A stretch of DNA of 64,000 bases from an uncultured bacterium (lineage in GTDB: Bacteria; Auribacterota; Erginobacteria; Erginobacterales; Erginobacteraceae): assembly GCA_963822585.1 (NCBI GenBank), contig CAWGIE010000031.1, positions 256,001-320,000 on the forward strand, in the 5' to 3' direction. Numbering within the stretch: position 1 is the first letter of the stretch; each line of letters begins with the position of its first letter. Below the pieces are notes generated by a model. The model saw only the letters and a list, made by a program, of their open reading frames with translations. It did not search any database and was not told where the DNA came from. Positions 30,118 through 40,316 of this stretch are shown here, piece after piece. The translations under genes and the position numbers were made by a program.

Positions 30118-31910
30118 GTAAAAAGATCTTCTTGCCCCTGTTCCTGGCCGGTGGAGTGTTCTTTCTTCTGTGGCCGTTGATTCCGCTCAAGCACCATCTC
30201 TTATCCTCCCTCCATCGCTTTTTGCCGATAGCCGGGAGTTGCTCCTTAATTTGGGGGATCGTTGCTTTTCGGCTCAGGGACCGACCCGTTCATCTTGTCA
30301 CCTTCCTCCGACAGTGGTTCTTAGTAACGACTGTCACGGGTTTTATTGTCCTGGTCATCCTGCTCGGCCTGCTTGGTTGGTTGAACTTCCGTTCTCCCTT
30401 TTTTGTAATCGACCATGTTGAGAAAACACTCTATCTCCAGGCGCTCGATATCCATGAAACCGGAACCTTGCCTTATCCACCCCCGGATCGGAGCCCGTTT
30501 ATCTTCGACGCCTACAACCCGTTATACCAGATGCTGATCGCCGCCCTGATGGCGGTATTTTCCCCGGGGGCAATCCTGGCCAAGGTTCTGTCTGGTGCCT
30601 GCAGCGGCCTTCTTTTCCTTCTACTGATCGTCCTCGCCCGGAAGTTAAAGTTAGACCGCTTCGGCTTTGTCTTAGCGGTCTTTACGTTCCTTTGCGCTTC
30701 ACCCATTTCCCTTCTGGTCTGGGCCCGTAACGACAGTATGCTGGCACTCCTGATCACCGGTTTTCTCTTCAGCCTCTACCGGGCCGTAAAACCTCCCCAA
30801 TATCTGCTCAGTCTTTTCTTCCTTTATCTGGCTTTCTTCACCAAACAGACCGGTCTCGTCTGGGCCGGATTTATCGTTCTTGTCCTTCTCCGCCGCCAAT
30901 GCGGATGGCGCAACTTCATTATCATTTGCTCGGGAGGACTCGCTCTCTTTCTCATTACCGGCTGTATTCTGGATTGGGCAACATCGGGATACTATCATTT
31001 CTGGACCGTGACACTGCCGGCCCGTCACCCGATGAAGCCTTTCTTGTCCGCGTTAACCGCGATCGCAACTATCATTCCATTCCGGCTTCTTCTCGTGCCG
31101 CTGACCTTACTCTTACTGATATTTCTAAAAAGTCCGGGATCACCTAGACACATATTTTCGCTGATCTCATCCCGGGGGGGAAGTTCCCTTCGTTTTTTCG
31201 GGGGAGCGGCGATTTACGGAGTGATCTTCGGACTTATTCCTCTCTCCAAGACCGGGGGGGGATATAACAGCTTTTTACCGGTACTGGTACCGCTCGCTCT
31301 CAGCACCGGTCTGCTGGGTCGGATACTCCTGGGGGGAGAGGGGAAAAAACCATCAGCCGGCTTTACCGGAATTGCATTTGCATTATTGAGTCTGGTCGTG
31401 ATCCTGACGACTGTTGACTCCGGTGAACGGGTTTTAGTAACTGCCCGGAGTATCCGGAAAATGGAGACGATGTACGATCGGGCACAACTGATAGCTGTCG
31501 CGGATGCTCTGGAGGCAAGTGGCGTGGAACGGGCATACTTTCCCCATTCCGTGGGGTCGCAGGCAACCGGAGAGAGCTCTCCCAGTCTTCAGGAGTACTT
31601 TTCTTCTCGTTTCGGTTGCTACCTTGATGAGGCGGCCTTGATGGATTATCTGGCTGCCGGTTTCCCATTCCCGGAAGAATTTCACCAGTCCCTGGCGGAG
31701 GGAGATATGGAAGCGATTATCGTTAAGGCCGGTTATCTCCCTTTCTCAAGATCAAATACTTATGGGCGGTGGAAGACCTCCCGCTGCGGTCCGGAACTCT
31801 TCCCTCCCTTGACCCGGGAGATATTCCACCGCTATTTTAAGCTCAACAAAGATCGGTTGCCTGGATTTGATGTCTATGAGTATCATCCTCCGCCGGAAGA
31901 ACCCCATTGA
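30114..31910 (+). CDS. Polytopic membrane protein, probable GT-C (ArnT/PMT-like) glycosyltransferase
   Basis: Multi-TM; YNPLY, ARNDS, FFTKQT motifs typical of lipid-phosphate-sugar-dependent GT-C proteins. Confidence 0.65.
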   Translation: MSKKIFLPLFLAGGVFFLLWPLIPLKHHLLSSLHRFLPIAGSCSLIWGIVAFRLRDRPVHLVTFLRQWFLVTTVTGFIVLVILLGLLGWLNFRSPFFVIDHVEKTLYLQALDIHETGTLPYPPPDRSPFIFDAYNPLYQMLIAALMAVFSPGAILAKVLSGACSGLLFLLLIVLARKLKLDRFGFVLAVFTFLCASPISLLVWARNDSMLALLITGFLFSLYRAVKPPQYLLSLFFLYLAFFTKQTGLVWAGFIVLVLLRRQCGWRNFIIICSGGLALFLITGCILDWATSGYYHFWTVTLPARHPMKPFLSALTAIATIIPFRLLLVPLTLLLLIFLKSPGSPRHIFSLISSRGGSSLRFFGGAAIYGVIFGLIPLSKTGGGYNSFLPVLVPLALSTGLLGRILLGGEGKKPSAGFTGIAFALLSLVVILTTVDSGERVLVTARSIRKMETMYDRAQLIAVADALEASGVERAYFPHSVGSQATGESSPSLQEYFSSRFGCYLDEAALMDYLAAGFPFPEEFHQSLAEGDMEAIIVKAGYLPFSRSNTYGRWKTSRCGPELFPPLTREIFHRYFKLNKDRLPGFDVYEYHPPPEEPH

Positions 31911-31950
31911 CCGCCGCTGATTACCGTTCACTGCTTACTGATTACTGGTC

Positions 31951-34900
31951 CTAATAACTCTGTCCCACCACCGGCTGATCCCCGCTCTCACCTTCGACCT
32001 CAACCACCACCGGCGAACCCCCGTAGATAAACCATCCCCCCGTGCCCGCCGGGAAACACCAGGTCCGGAAGATCCCGAACTCGGCAGCGAGAGCGGGAGA
32101 CTGGAAGTTCCCGATCACCGGGAGATCTTCCTTATAACCCCATCCCCATGCGTACTTACCAATGCCCTTAATAAAGAACCAGGCGGTCGAGGTCGGTTTC
32201 GGCCAGAAGGTGGCATAGTCAGTTTTTCCGTCCCCGTCGTAATCCAGCGGGATCGGGACATTCCCGCTAAATCCCCAACTGATCCTGGCCGGGTCACCAT
32301 CCTTAACATACCACGTGCCGTTTGATTCCCTCCAGACCGCCTTGTCGGCTGTCCCGTCACCGTTATAGTCTCCGGGGACGGGAATATCTCCGAGAAGACC
32401 CCACACGGTGTACGGTTCACTCCCACCCAAAATCAGCCACCTGCCGGTGGCGTCAAGGTCCCAGACCGCATAATCGGTACACCCGTCGCCATCGTAATCC
32501 CCGGGGATCGGCCAGTCACCCCAGTTTCCCCAGGAAAGTCCGGAAGTTATTACGGCGGGACCGATCCCGTTCAGTACGTACCATCTGCTGGTATACTTGT
32601 TATAATAGGCGATGTCCGCGGTCCCGTCACCATTGTAATCTCCGCTGGCCGGGATATCTCCTTCATTCCCGCCCCAGACCACTCCTTCGGTTACGCCATC
32701 GATAAACCACTCTCCGGTCGAGGGACGATAGAGGGCGTAATCGGTATAGCCGTCGCCGTCATAATCGTCGAAGTCGATCACCAGGTGACGCGGGGTTGAA
32801 TCGGGAACCGGCGTCGGCGTCGGTGTATCATAATCCGCCGGGGTCAATGTCGGGGAGGGAGTGCCGCTCGGCGTGGCTGACGGCGTCGCAGTGATCGTGG
32901 GGGAGGCATAGTCCTGGGAGGTGGGACTGGGACTCGGGGTCGGTGGCGGTGACGGCGTGGCGAAATAACAAATCCAGTCCAGTCTGCTTACAAAACAATC
33001 CCACGATCCGCCTCGACTCGTTTGATAAGGATTCTGCAGAGGGAAATCTTCCGAAATGGTCTTGCCCAAACAATAAAGCATATCTCCCGAGTTGCCGGCT
33101 ATGCCGTAACCGATGTCTATTCCAGCACCGCCCAGGTAGGTGGAAGAGAGAATGCTGTCCCCGGAAGCCGAGAATCTTACCATGAAGGCGTCAGAAGTTC
33201 CTTCACCAAAACTTGCCTGATAAGCATACTTGATGGGAAAATCAGTCGATCTGGTCTCACCGGTTATATAGATTTCTCCCCCGATCTGCATTACTCCTTT
33301 TCCCTCGTCCCAATCACTCCCCCCTATGTAACTACTGTACTGCAGAGACGACCCGGAGGGAGATAACTTTACGGCCACTACATCCCGGAAACCCGCCAGG
33401 CTTTCCTGATAAGCATTTAGGGTTGGGAAGTCAGAGGACTGGGTGGATCCAACCAGATATGCTGAACCTGCCGTATCTATCGCCACTGCCTCGCCGTGCT
33501 CCGTGCTGCTTCCTCCCAGATAAGTGGAGTAAAGGAGATCTGAGCCGGAAGTGGATAATTTACTGATAAAGGCGTCATAGTCCCCCCCGCCGTATTCCGC
33601 CTGCAAAGCACTGGAAGTTGGAAAATCAGTGGAGTCAGTGTCCCCGGACACATACGCGTAGCCTGCCGCATCCACTTCAATGCCCCAAGCTCCATCGGTC
33701 AGTCCGCCACCCAGATAGGTTGAATAGATCAGCGCCGATCCACTGGAAGAGATCCGGGAAACATACGCATCCCATCCTCCCCCGGACTCGGACTGATAAG
33801 GATTTACTGTGGGGAAATTTGAAGAATACGTGTGACCGGCCACACAGGCAGAAAGATCGTCGGCGAGATCGATCCCCATACCATACTCCCAGTTTGTTGC
33901 TCCCAGGTAGGTAGAATATATCAGTGAAGAACCGGTAGAGGATAATTTGCTCACAAAGACATCATAACCTCCTCCCAGAGAAGCCTGGAAGGCGCTGACG
34001 GTGGGGAAATTGCTTGATTGAGTTCTGCCGGTAATATAAACGCACTTGTTTGAATCAATATCGATACCTTTGCCCAGATCCCTGTCGGCTCCGCCAAGAT
34101 ACGTAGAATAAATCAACGTACTCCCCGATGAAGAGAACTTGGAAATGAAGGCATCGTATCCCACAACTGTAGCTTGATATTCATTTTTGAGCGGGAAATC
34201 AGCGGATTGAGTAAACCCGACTATATACGCACAACCTTCCGTATCAAGAACAACTCCACTGCCCTGATCATCCCCGCTACCGCCCAGGTAGGTTGAATAA
34301 CCCAGGCCCCAGCGGCAGATCAGATACTCCGGCGTGGGGGTGGCTGTGGGAACGGGGGTCACCGTCGGCGATGGCGTTGGCGTGGCGGTAATTACCGGCG
34401 TCGGCGTGATCAGGCACTTCACCAGCACGTCGTCCAGGGCCAGATCGCCCACGCTCTGCGTGTAGGTGAACTTCACCTTGCTGCTCGCCACATTCAGCGT
34501 CAGTCCGGTGAAGACCGTCCCGTCCGTGGGTAGCGGGAGAAGATCGGTCACGGCGGACCAGCCGATGGCAACCGCGTACTCCTCGACCAGGAGATGACTG
34601 GAAGCGTCGGTCCCCTGCCCCTTGACCCAGAACTGGAGCCACTCGCCGGGGAGGAAGGAGGCGCTCTCGACGCTGTCGTCGGTGGCGGCGAGCTTGATCG
34701 AGGGCGAGAGATATCCGAAGTCCCCCGCCGTGGTGTAGGTGTCGGAGTCCTGGTCGCAGCCGGTAAAGATCCACCCGGCCGGGCGGGTCCCGGTCTGGAA
34801 GCCGCCAAAACCCTCGCTGATCCGCGTGCAGATCGCCGGGGTCGGACTGGGGCTCGGTCTCGGGCTCGGGCTCGGCGTGGCCGAAGGCGCCGCCGTTGGT

Positions 34901-37900
34901 GTCGGACTTGGGCTCGGGGTCGCCGTCGGCACCACTGTCGGTGTCGGGCTGGGACTCGGGCTCGGCGTGGCCGAAGGCGCCGCCGTTGGTGTCGGGCTCG
35001 GGGTCAGGGTCGCCGTCGGCACCACTGTCGGTGTCGGGCTGGGACTCGGGCTCGGCGTAGCCGAAGGCGCCGCCGTTGGTGTCGGACTTGGGCTCGGGGT
35101 CGCCGTCGGCACCACTGTCGGTGTCGGGCTGGGACTCGGGCTCGGCGTCGGCGTAATCCGGCACTTTATCAGCACATCGTCGATGGCCAGATCGCCCACG
35201 CTCTGCGTGTAGGTGAACTTCACCTTGCTGCTCGCCACATTCAGCGTCAGTCCGGTGAAGACCGTCCCGTCCGTGGGTAGCGGGAGAAGATCGGTCACGG
35301 CGGACCAGCCGATGGCAACCGCGTACTCCTCGACCAGGAGATGACTGGAAGCGTCGGTCCCCTGCCCCTTGACCCAGAACTGGAGCCACTCGCCGGGGAG
35401 GAAGGAGGCGCTCTCGACGCTGTCGTCGGTGGCGGCGAGCTTGATCGAGGGCGAGAGATATCCGAAGTCCCCCGCCGTGGTGTAGGTGTCGGAGTCCTGG
35501 TCGCAGCCGGTAAAGATCCACCCGGCCGGGCGGGTCCCGGTCTGGAAGCCGCCAAAACCCTCGCTGATCCGCGCGCAGATGACCGGAGTCGGTGTTGGGG
35601 TGATGATCGGGGCGGTCGGACTGGGGGTCGGCGTCGGCGTCAGAGACGGTGTCACGCTCGGGGTGACACTCGGGGTCACGCTCGGGGTTGGCGTCGGAGT
35701 CACCGTTGGCGTCGGAGTCACCGTCGGTGTCGGGGTCCGGGTCGGGGCCGGGGATGGGGTGATCAGGCATTTTATCAGCACGTCGTCCAGGGCCAGGTCA
35801 CCCGCGGTCTTGTCGTAGGTGAACTTTACCTTGCTGCTTAACGGGTCCAGTGTCAATCCGGTGAAAACCGTTCCAGCCAGGGGGAGCGGCAGGATGTCGG
35901 TCACCGTTGTCCAGGAGCCAGAATACTCCTCCACCAGGAGGTGGCTGGTGCTGTCGGTCCCTTGCCCCTTGACCCAGAACTGGAGCCATTCGCCGGGGAG
36001 AAAGGATGCGCTCTCGACACTGTCGTCGGGCGCGTCGAGCTTGATCGAGGGCAAGAGGTAGCCGAAGTCCCCCGCCGTGGTGTAGGTGTCGGAGTCCTGG
36101 TCGCAGCCGGTGAAGATCCACCCGGCCGGGCGGGTCCCGGTCTGGAAGCCGCCAAAACCCTCGCTGATCCGCGTGCAGATGACCGGCGTCGGCGTCGGCG
36201 TGATCACTCGGGCCGTGGGGCTGGCGGACGGCGTCGGCGAAGCCGATGGCGTCGGGGAGGGTACGTCGGCGGGGTAAAGAAGCTTGGCGGCAAAGGCGTC
36301 GTAACCCCCGGCCAGGCTTGATTGATAGGCGTTGACTACCGGAAAGTTAGTCGAACTGGTATGACCGGATACGCAGACATACGGAGAGTCCAGGGCCAGA
36401 GCCCGGCCCTGATCCGTACCCGAGCCGCCGAGGTAGGTGGAATAGATGAGCGCGGAGCCGTCGGCGGCGAATCGGGCGACGGTGGCGTCATAACCACCGG
36501 CATTGGTTGACTGGTAGGGGTTGACGACCGGGAAGTCGGTCGAGGACGTCGAGCCGGCGATCACCGGCGATCCGTCGGCCACCTCGACACCGTAGCAATA
36601 CTCGAGACCGGTCCCGCCCAGGTAGGTGGAATAGGTGAGCGAGGCGCCATCGGTGGCGAAGAGAGTGAGAAAGGCATCGTTGGTCCCGGAACGGGATGAT
36701 TGGTAAGCGTTCGATACCGGGAAGTCGGCCGAAAAGGTATCCCCCGCCAGGTAAACGCCCCCGGCGGTGTCGACGGCCAGACCGTAGCCGCTGTCCCCGT
36801 CGATGCCTCCCAGGTAGGTCGAATAAACCAGAGACGTCCCGTCGGAGGTGAACTTGCTCACGAACCCGTCCGAACCGCCGGCCAGGGAGGACTGGAAGGC
36901 GGAGGCGGTGGGGAAGTCGGCGGAGTAGGTGAATCCCCCCAGGCAGATGGTGCCTCCGGAGACGACCACGGCATAACTGTCATCGTCGGAGGCGCCCCCC
37001 AGGTAGGTGGAGTAAAGGAGAGTGGACCCGTCGGATGAGAATCGGCTGACAAAGGCGTCGTCATCCGACCCGGCAGCGCCGCCGTGGGTGGACTGGTACG
37101 GGTTGGCAACCGGAAAGTCGCCGGACATGGTAAATCCCGCCACATAGGGTGTGTCGTTCTCCACGAAAATACCGTACCCGAGATCGTCGTCGCTGCCGCC
37201 CAGGTAGGTCGAGAAAATGAGCGCCGACCCGGTACTGGAGAATTTGGTCAAAAACGCGGCGGACGCGCCGGGGCGGGCACCCTGGTAGGCGCTAACCACC
37301 GGGAAGTCGCTCGAGTAGGTCGTGCCGACAACGTAAGCCTGGCCGTCGGAGTCAACCGCCAGGCCGTTACCGTACTCGCTGCTCTTGCCGCCGAGATAGG
37401 TCGAGTAGATCAACGCTGAGCCGGTCGAGGAGAATTTGCTGACAAACACGTCGTAAAATTTATTCAGGGCGGATTGGTAAGCGCCGACGACCGGAAAAGT
37501 GGTCGACCGGGTGTATCCGGACATGTAACCGAAGCCGTCCACCACCTCAAACCCGCGGGAATAGTCATTGTTGTCACTTCCGCCGAGATAGGTCGCGTAC
37601 TCCAGCGTCAGGTTAGGGGGCGTCGGGGTCGGGGCGGCCGGGGTCGCGGTCGGGACCGCCGTCGGCGTCGGGCTGGCCGTGGGGACCGGCGTCGCGGTGG
37701 GGACCGGCGTCGCGGTGGGGACCGGCGTCGCCGTGGGGACCGGGGTCGCCGTGGGCACGATCGTCGGCGTCGGTGTCAGGAAACCGACCGGGGTCGAGGT
37801 GGGCGTCGGCGTGATCGCCGGCGGGTTGCCCCGGATGATGATATCGTCGAGAGCGATGTTCCCCGCCGACTTGTTCATGGTGAAGCGGATCTGGTCGGTT

Positions 37901-39714
37901 GGGTTATAAAGGTTGATCGGTCCCACCGTCACCCCCGCGCTCGTGTTGGGGATGTAGGTGAATTCGCCCAGCGGGTACCACTCCCCGCCGTAGTGGTCCT
38001 CAACCAGGAGGGAAGTGGAGGTGTCAACCGAACTCCCCCGCATCCAGAACTGGAGCGAGGTGGCATCGTTGAGGACGCGGGTGACGATCTGATCGTCGTT
38101 ATCGGCGAGTTTGATCGAGGGGGAAGCAAGTCCGTAGTAGCCGGCATTGGTATAGGTGTCGCTGTCGGCGTTGCAGCCGATGAAGGTCCACCCCGATGGG
38201 CGCACCCCGTTCTGGAAATTGTCGAATCCCTCATCAACGACAATGTCGTGGGAGGTGACGTGGTAGGACTTGAGGACCGGGCGGTGAGTGATCCCCTCAT
38301 AATAAAGATCATCGTACTGGATGGGGGGGACCTCAGAGAGAGGGACGAAAACATGGGTATCGAAGACATTCCCGGCCGTGAAGGTCTGGAACGAGGTGTA
38401 GGCCTGCCCGATGTTGGTGGTGATGTGGGTGTCTTTCAGCAACGTGTTGGGCATGATCCAGTCGTAGGGGTACGTCCGGGGATCGGTCGAGTTGGTATTG
38501 GAGTTCCCCTCCCGGTCCATGGGGATGTAGTCGTTGTATTCCAGGTAGGTGTCGAAGACGGCCAGGCAGGGCTCGTCCGCGGTATCCCGGGAGTAGCAGT
38601 TCATGTCGCCGGCCAGGACCGCGTACGTGCTCTGCATGTCGAAGTTGGCCTGCATGTAGGCCTTGAGCTGGTTGGCCTGGTCCTCTCTGATCAGCTCGTC
38701 CGCAGACGTGCTTCCGGCCTTGAGGTGGACGGAGACGATCTGGAGGTCCGTGTCGCCTGGGATGTCGATCACCGCCCAGGCGAAGTTCCGCCCCAGGGAC
38801 TCGTGGCCGACGTCCTCCCAGGTCCCGGCGGTGGCGATGGTCCAGCGGCTGATGATCCCGCAGGCGGCGCCGGCGTCCTCAAAGTAGAAGTCGAAATCGG
38901 TCCCGAAGGCAGCGTCCACCCAGGCCCGGGTGCTGGGGTAAGTGGATTGGACGCTGAATTCCTGGGCGGAGACGATATCCGGTTCCAGTCCCTGGAAGAT
39001 CCGGGCTGCCGGATCGCCGTATCGATACTTAAAGGCCATGATGTTGGTGGTGCAGATGGTGAGCGATTCCTCGTTCTCGACCGGCGTCGGCGGCGGCGTC
39101 GGCGTCTTGTAGCCGACCGCCGTCGGGGTCACGGTTGGGGTATCCGCAGGGGTCGGCGTCACCGCCGAAGTCGGTGACGGGCTCGCGCTCGGTGTCGGTG
39201 ACGGCGTCGGGGATTTGTTGGTGTCGGTTAAAAAAACATCGTCAAAAGCCAGGTTACCGTTAAACTTGCTATAGGAAAACTTCAGCTGGCTGGAACTGGG
39301 GTTGAGGGCGAGGTTGGCGATCGTGGTCCCGGTTGTGGGCAGGGGGAGGATGTCGGTCACCGTGGTCCAGGATGCGGCGTATTCCTCGACAAGGAGATAG
39401 CTGGTGATGCCGGTGCCAACTCCCTTGATCCAGAACGAGAGGACGTCGGGAGAAGAAAAGGTATCGGTGGTTATCCAGTCAGTAGACGAGTCGAGCTTGA
39501 TCGAGGGTGAAGCCGCACCGAAGTTAGTGGCGGTGGTATAGACATCCCAGTCCGCTCCGCAATTGGTGAAAGTCCATCCGGCCGGGCGGTTCCCGGTGTC
39601 AAACCCGTCGAAGCCTTCGTCAATCAGCGTGGCCCCGTAAAGGATCGGTGCAAGGGAGAGGAGGAGCACCGCGACGGCGGCGGTCACCGTGAAGTAAAAA
39701 CTTCGTGGCTTCAT
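31951..39714 (-). CDS. Giant modular secreted surface protein (2587 aa): 5x EGF..G.RP.GW domains, EEP (exo/endonuclease/phosphatase) domain, two SBBP propeller blocks, PT linkers, DYDGDG C-terminal domain
   Basis: Signal peptide; EEP motifs ([27 protein letters not shown]); YSTYLGG repeats; C-terminus homologous to the 457-aa protein (...PVVGQSY). Confidence 0.88.
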   Translation of the reverse strand: MKPRSFYFTVTAAVAVLLLSLAPILYGATLIDEGFDGFDTGNRPAGWTFTNCGADWDVYTTATNFGAASPSIKLDSSTDWITTDTFSSPDVLSFWIKGVGTGITSYLLVEEYAASWTTVTDILPLPTTGTTIANLALNPSSSQLKFSYSKFNGNLAFDDVFLTDTNKSPTPSPTPSASPSPTSAVTPTPADTPTVTPTAVGYKTPTPPPTPVENEESLTICTTNIMAFKYRYGDPAARIFQGLEPDIVSAQEFSVQSTYPSTRAWVDAAFGTDFDFYFEDAGAACGIISRWTIATAGTWEDVGHESLGRNFAWAVIDIPGDTDLQIVSVHLKAGSTSADELIREDQANQLKAYMQANFDMQSTYAVLAGDMNCYSRDTADEPCLAVFDTYLEYNDYIPMDREGNSNTNSTDPRTYPYDWIMPNTLLKDTHITTNIGQAYTSFQTFTAGNVFDTHVFVPLSEVPPIQYDDLYYEGITHRPVLKSYHVTSHDIVVDEGFDNFQNGVRPSGWTFIGCNADSDTYTNAGYYGLASPSIKLADNDDQIVTRVLNDATSLQFWMRGSSVDTSTSLLVEDHYGGEWYPLGEFTYIPNTSAGVTVGPINLYNPTDQIRFTMNKSAGNIALDDIIIRGNPPAITPTPTSTPVGFLTPTPTIVPTATPVPTATPVPTATPVPTATPVPTASPTPTAVPTATPAAPTPTPPNLTLEYATYLGGSDNNDYSRGFEVVDGFGYMSGYTRSTTFPVVGAYQSALNKFYDVFVSKFSSTGSALIYSTYLGGKSSEYGNGLAVDSDGQAYVVGTTYSSDFPVVSAYQGARPGASAAFLTKFSSTGSALIFSTYLGGSDDDLGYGIFVENDTPYVAGFTMSGDFPVANPYQSTHGGAAGSDDDAFVSRFSSDGSTLLYSTYLGGASDDDSYAVVVSGGTICLGGFTYSADFPTASAFQSSLAGGSDGFVSKFTSDGTSLVYSTYLGGIDGDSGYGLAVDTAGGVYLAGDTFSADFPVSNAYQSSRSGTNDAFLTLFATDGASLTYSTYLGGTGLEYCYGVEVADGSPVIAGSTSSTDFPVVNPYQSTNAGGYDATVARFAADGSALIYSTYLGGSGTDQGRALALDSPYVCVSGHTSSTNFPVVNAYQSSLAGGYDAFAAKLLYPADVPSPTPSASPTPSASPTARVITPTPTPVICTRISEGFGGFQTGTRPAGWIFTGCDQDSDTYTTAGDFGYLLPSIKLDAPDDSVESASFLPGEWLQFWVKGQGTDSTSHLLVEEYSGSWTTVTDILPLPLAGTVFTGLTLDPLSSKVKFTYDKTAGDLALDDVLIKCLITPSPAPTRTPTPTVTPTPTVTPTPTPSVTPSVTPSVTPSLTPTPTPSPTAPIITPTPTPVICARISEGFGGFQTGTRPAGWIFTGCDQDSDTYTTAGDFGYLSPSIKLAATDDSVESASFLPGEWLQFWVKGQGTDASSHLLVEEYAVAIGWSAVTDLLPLPTDGTVFTGLTLNVASSKVKFTYTQSVGDLAIDDVLIKCRITPTPSPSPSPTPTVVPTATPSPSPTPTAAPSATPSPSPSPTPTVVPTATLTPSPTPTAAPSATPSPSPSPTPTVVPTATPSPSPTPTAAPSATPSPSPRPSPSPTPAICTRISEGFGGFQTGTRPAGWIFTGCDQDSDTYTTAGDFGYLSPSIKLAATDDSVESASFLPGEWLQFWVKGQGTDASSHLLVEEYAVAIGWSAVTDLLPLPTDGTVFTGLTLNVASSKVKFTYTQSVGDLALDDVLVKCLITPTPVITATPTPSPTVTPVPTATPTPEYLICRWGLGYSTYLGGSGDDQGSGVVLDTEGCAYIVGFTQSADFPLKNEYQATVVGYDAFISKFSSSGSTLIYSTYLGGADRDLGKGIDIDSNKCVYITGRTQSSNFPTVSAFQASLGGGYDVFVSKLSSTGSSLIYSTYLGATNWEYGMGIDLADDLSACVAGHTYSSNFPTVNPYQSESGGGWDAYVSRISSSGSALIYSTYLGGGLTDGAWGIEVDAAGYAYVSGDTDSTDFPTSSALQAEYGGGDYDAFISKLSTSGSDLLYSTYLGGSSTEHGEAVAIDTAGSAYLVGSTQSSDFPTLNAYQESLAGFRDVVAVKLSPSGSSLQYSSYIGGSDWDEGKGVMQIGGEIYITGETRSTDFPIKYAYQASFGEGTSDAFMVRFSASGDSILSSTYLGGAGIDIGYGIAGNSGDMLYCLGKTISEDFPLQNPYQTSRGGSWDCFVSRLDWICYFATPSPPPTPSPSPTSQDYASPTITATPSATPSGTPSPTLTPADYDTPTPTPVPDSTPRHLVIDFDDYDGDGYTDYALYRPSTGEWFIDGVTEGVVWGGNEGDIPASGDYNGDGTADIAYYNKYTSRWYVLNGIGPAVITSGLSWGNWGDWPIPGDYDGDGCTDYAVWDLDATGRWLILGGSEPYTVWGLLGDIPVPGDYNGDGTADKAVWRESNGTWYVKDGDPARISWGFSGNVPIPLDYDGDGKTDYATFWPKPTSTAWFFIKGIGKYAWGWGYKEDLPVIGNFQSPALAAEFGIFRTWCFPAGTGGWFIYGGSPVVVEVEGESGDQPVVGQSY
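34438..35573. repeat. Intragenic direct duplication: ~389 bp apparently identical copies (34438-34826 and 35185-35573) separated by three 90-bp tandem units
   Basis: 747-bp offset; identical alternate-frame ORF translations (34548..34808 = 35295..35555); 30-aa linker unit [30 protein letters not shown] x3. Confidence 0.85.
37677..37760. repeat. 18-bp tandem repeat encoding (VPTATP)n
   Basis: gtggggaccggcgtcgc(g/c) repeated ~4-5 times. Confidence 0.75.
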
Positions 39715-39830
39715 TTTTTTCTCCAGCCTGGTGTGGAAAATCAGGACAGATTAACCACTCCTACCATCAATACGGGCAGTATTTGTTCAGGGCTGTAAAC
39801 GTGGAATTAAAATAGGATGCACTTTTTATT

Positions 39831-39859
39831 AATATAGAGTATATCCCATCGATTGTCAA
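39831..39859 (-). promoter_or_regulatory. Sigma70-type promoter for the 2587-aa gene
   Basis: TTGACA (39859-54)-N17-TATATT (39836-31), ~115 nt upstream of the start. Confidence 0.7.
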
Positions 39860-40316
39860 TCAAGAATCGGTTAAAAATAGTGATTTGTCAATTACTTTCC
39901 CTCATTTTACTGCCGTAAAATGCATGAAAAATGCCAGATATGCGCAGGGACCACATTCCGATCTATCATCGGCTTGACAAGTGGCTGTTTCAATTCGCAA
40001 TACTGCCCCGAATATCTTCCTCGATGGCGGCTTTTCATGACAATAGACATTTTTTGTCGTTTCCGCCATCCGGGGCGCGTTCCCGGTTTTCCTGATTTAA
40101 GATTCTGTCCCCCAAAAAGGCCCCCTGGGTGGGCGACGTTTATACACACTACGTCATAGAGTTTCGCCCGGGCAGACAGGCGAAGGAGAAATTTTTCTGG
40201 CCGACCGGTGATGCCGGTATTCCTCCGGCGAGGCCGGGAAAAGAGGGTAAACAATCTGATTTACTTGCATGGGAAAACTTCTTGATCAACTCTCCCTGCC
40301 GGCAGGGACACCCGGT

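Noticed and set aside
31915..31950. Degenerate heptamer run (ctgatta/ctgctta) between convergent genes
   Set aside because: Only 3-4 imperfect units and no second copy in the window
34438..35573. Duplicated segment as DGR template/variable repeat pair
   Set aside because: Copies appear identical rather than differing at adenines, both are in-frame coding, and no reverse transcriptase is in the window
34277..35770. 497-aa alternate-frame ORF with internal repeats
   Set aside because: Off-frame reading of the duplicated domains and linker of the 2587-aa CDS
37474..39177. 567-aa plus-strand ORF
   Set aside because: Antisense shadow of the GC3-rich giant gene; no motifs, and Arg/Gly runs mirror the PT linker
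39860..40310. ~450-bp gap as possible ncRNA/riboswitch or small CDS (39907..40254, 39920..40159)
   Set aside because: No recognisable RNA motif, SD or protein features; the plus-strand TTGACA at 39974 lacks a properly spaced -10
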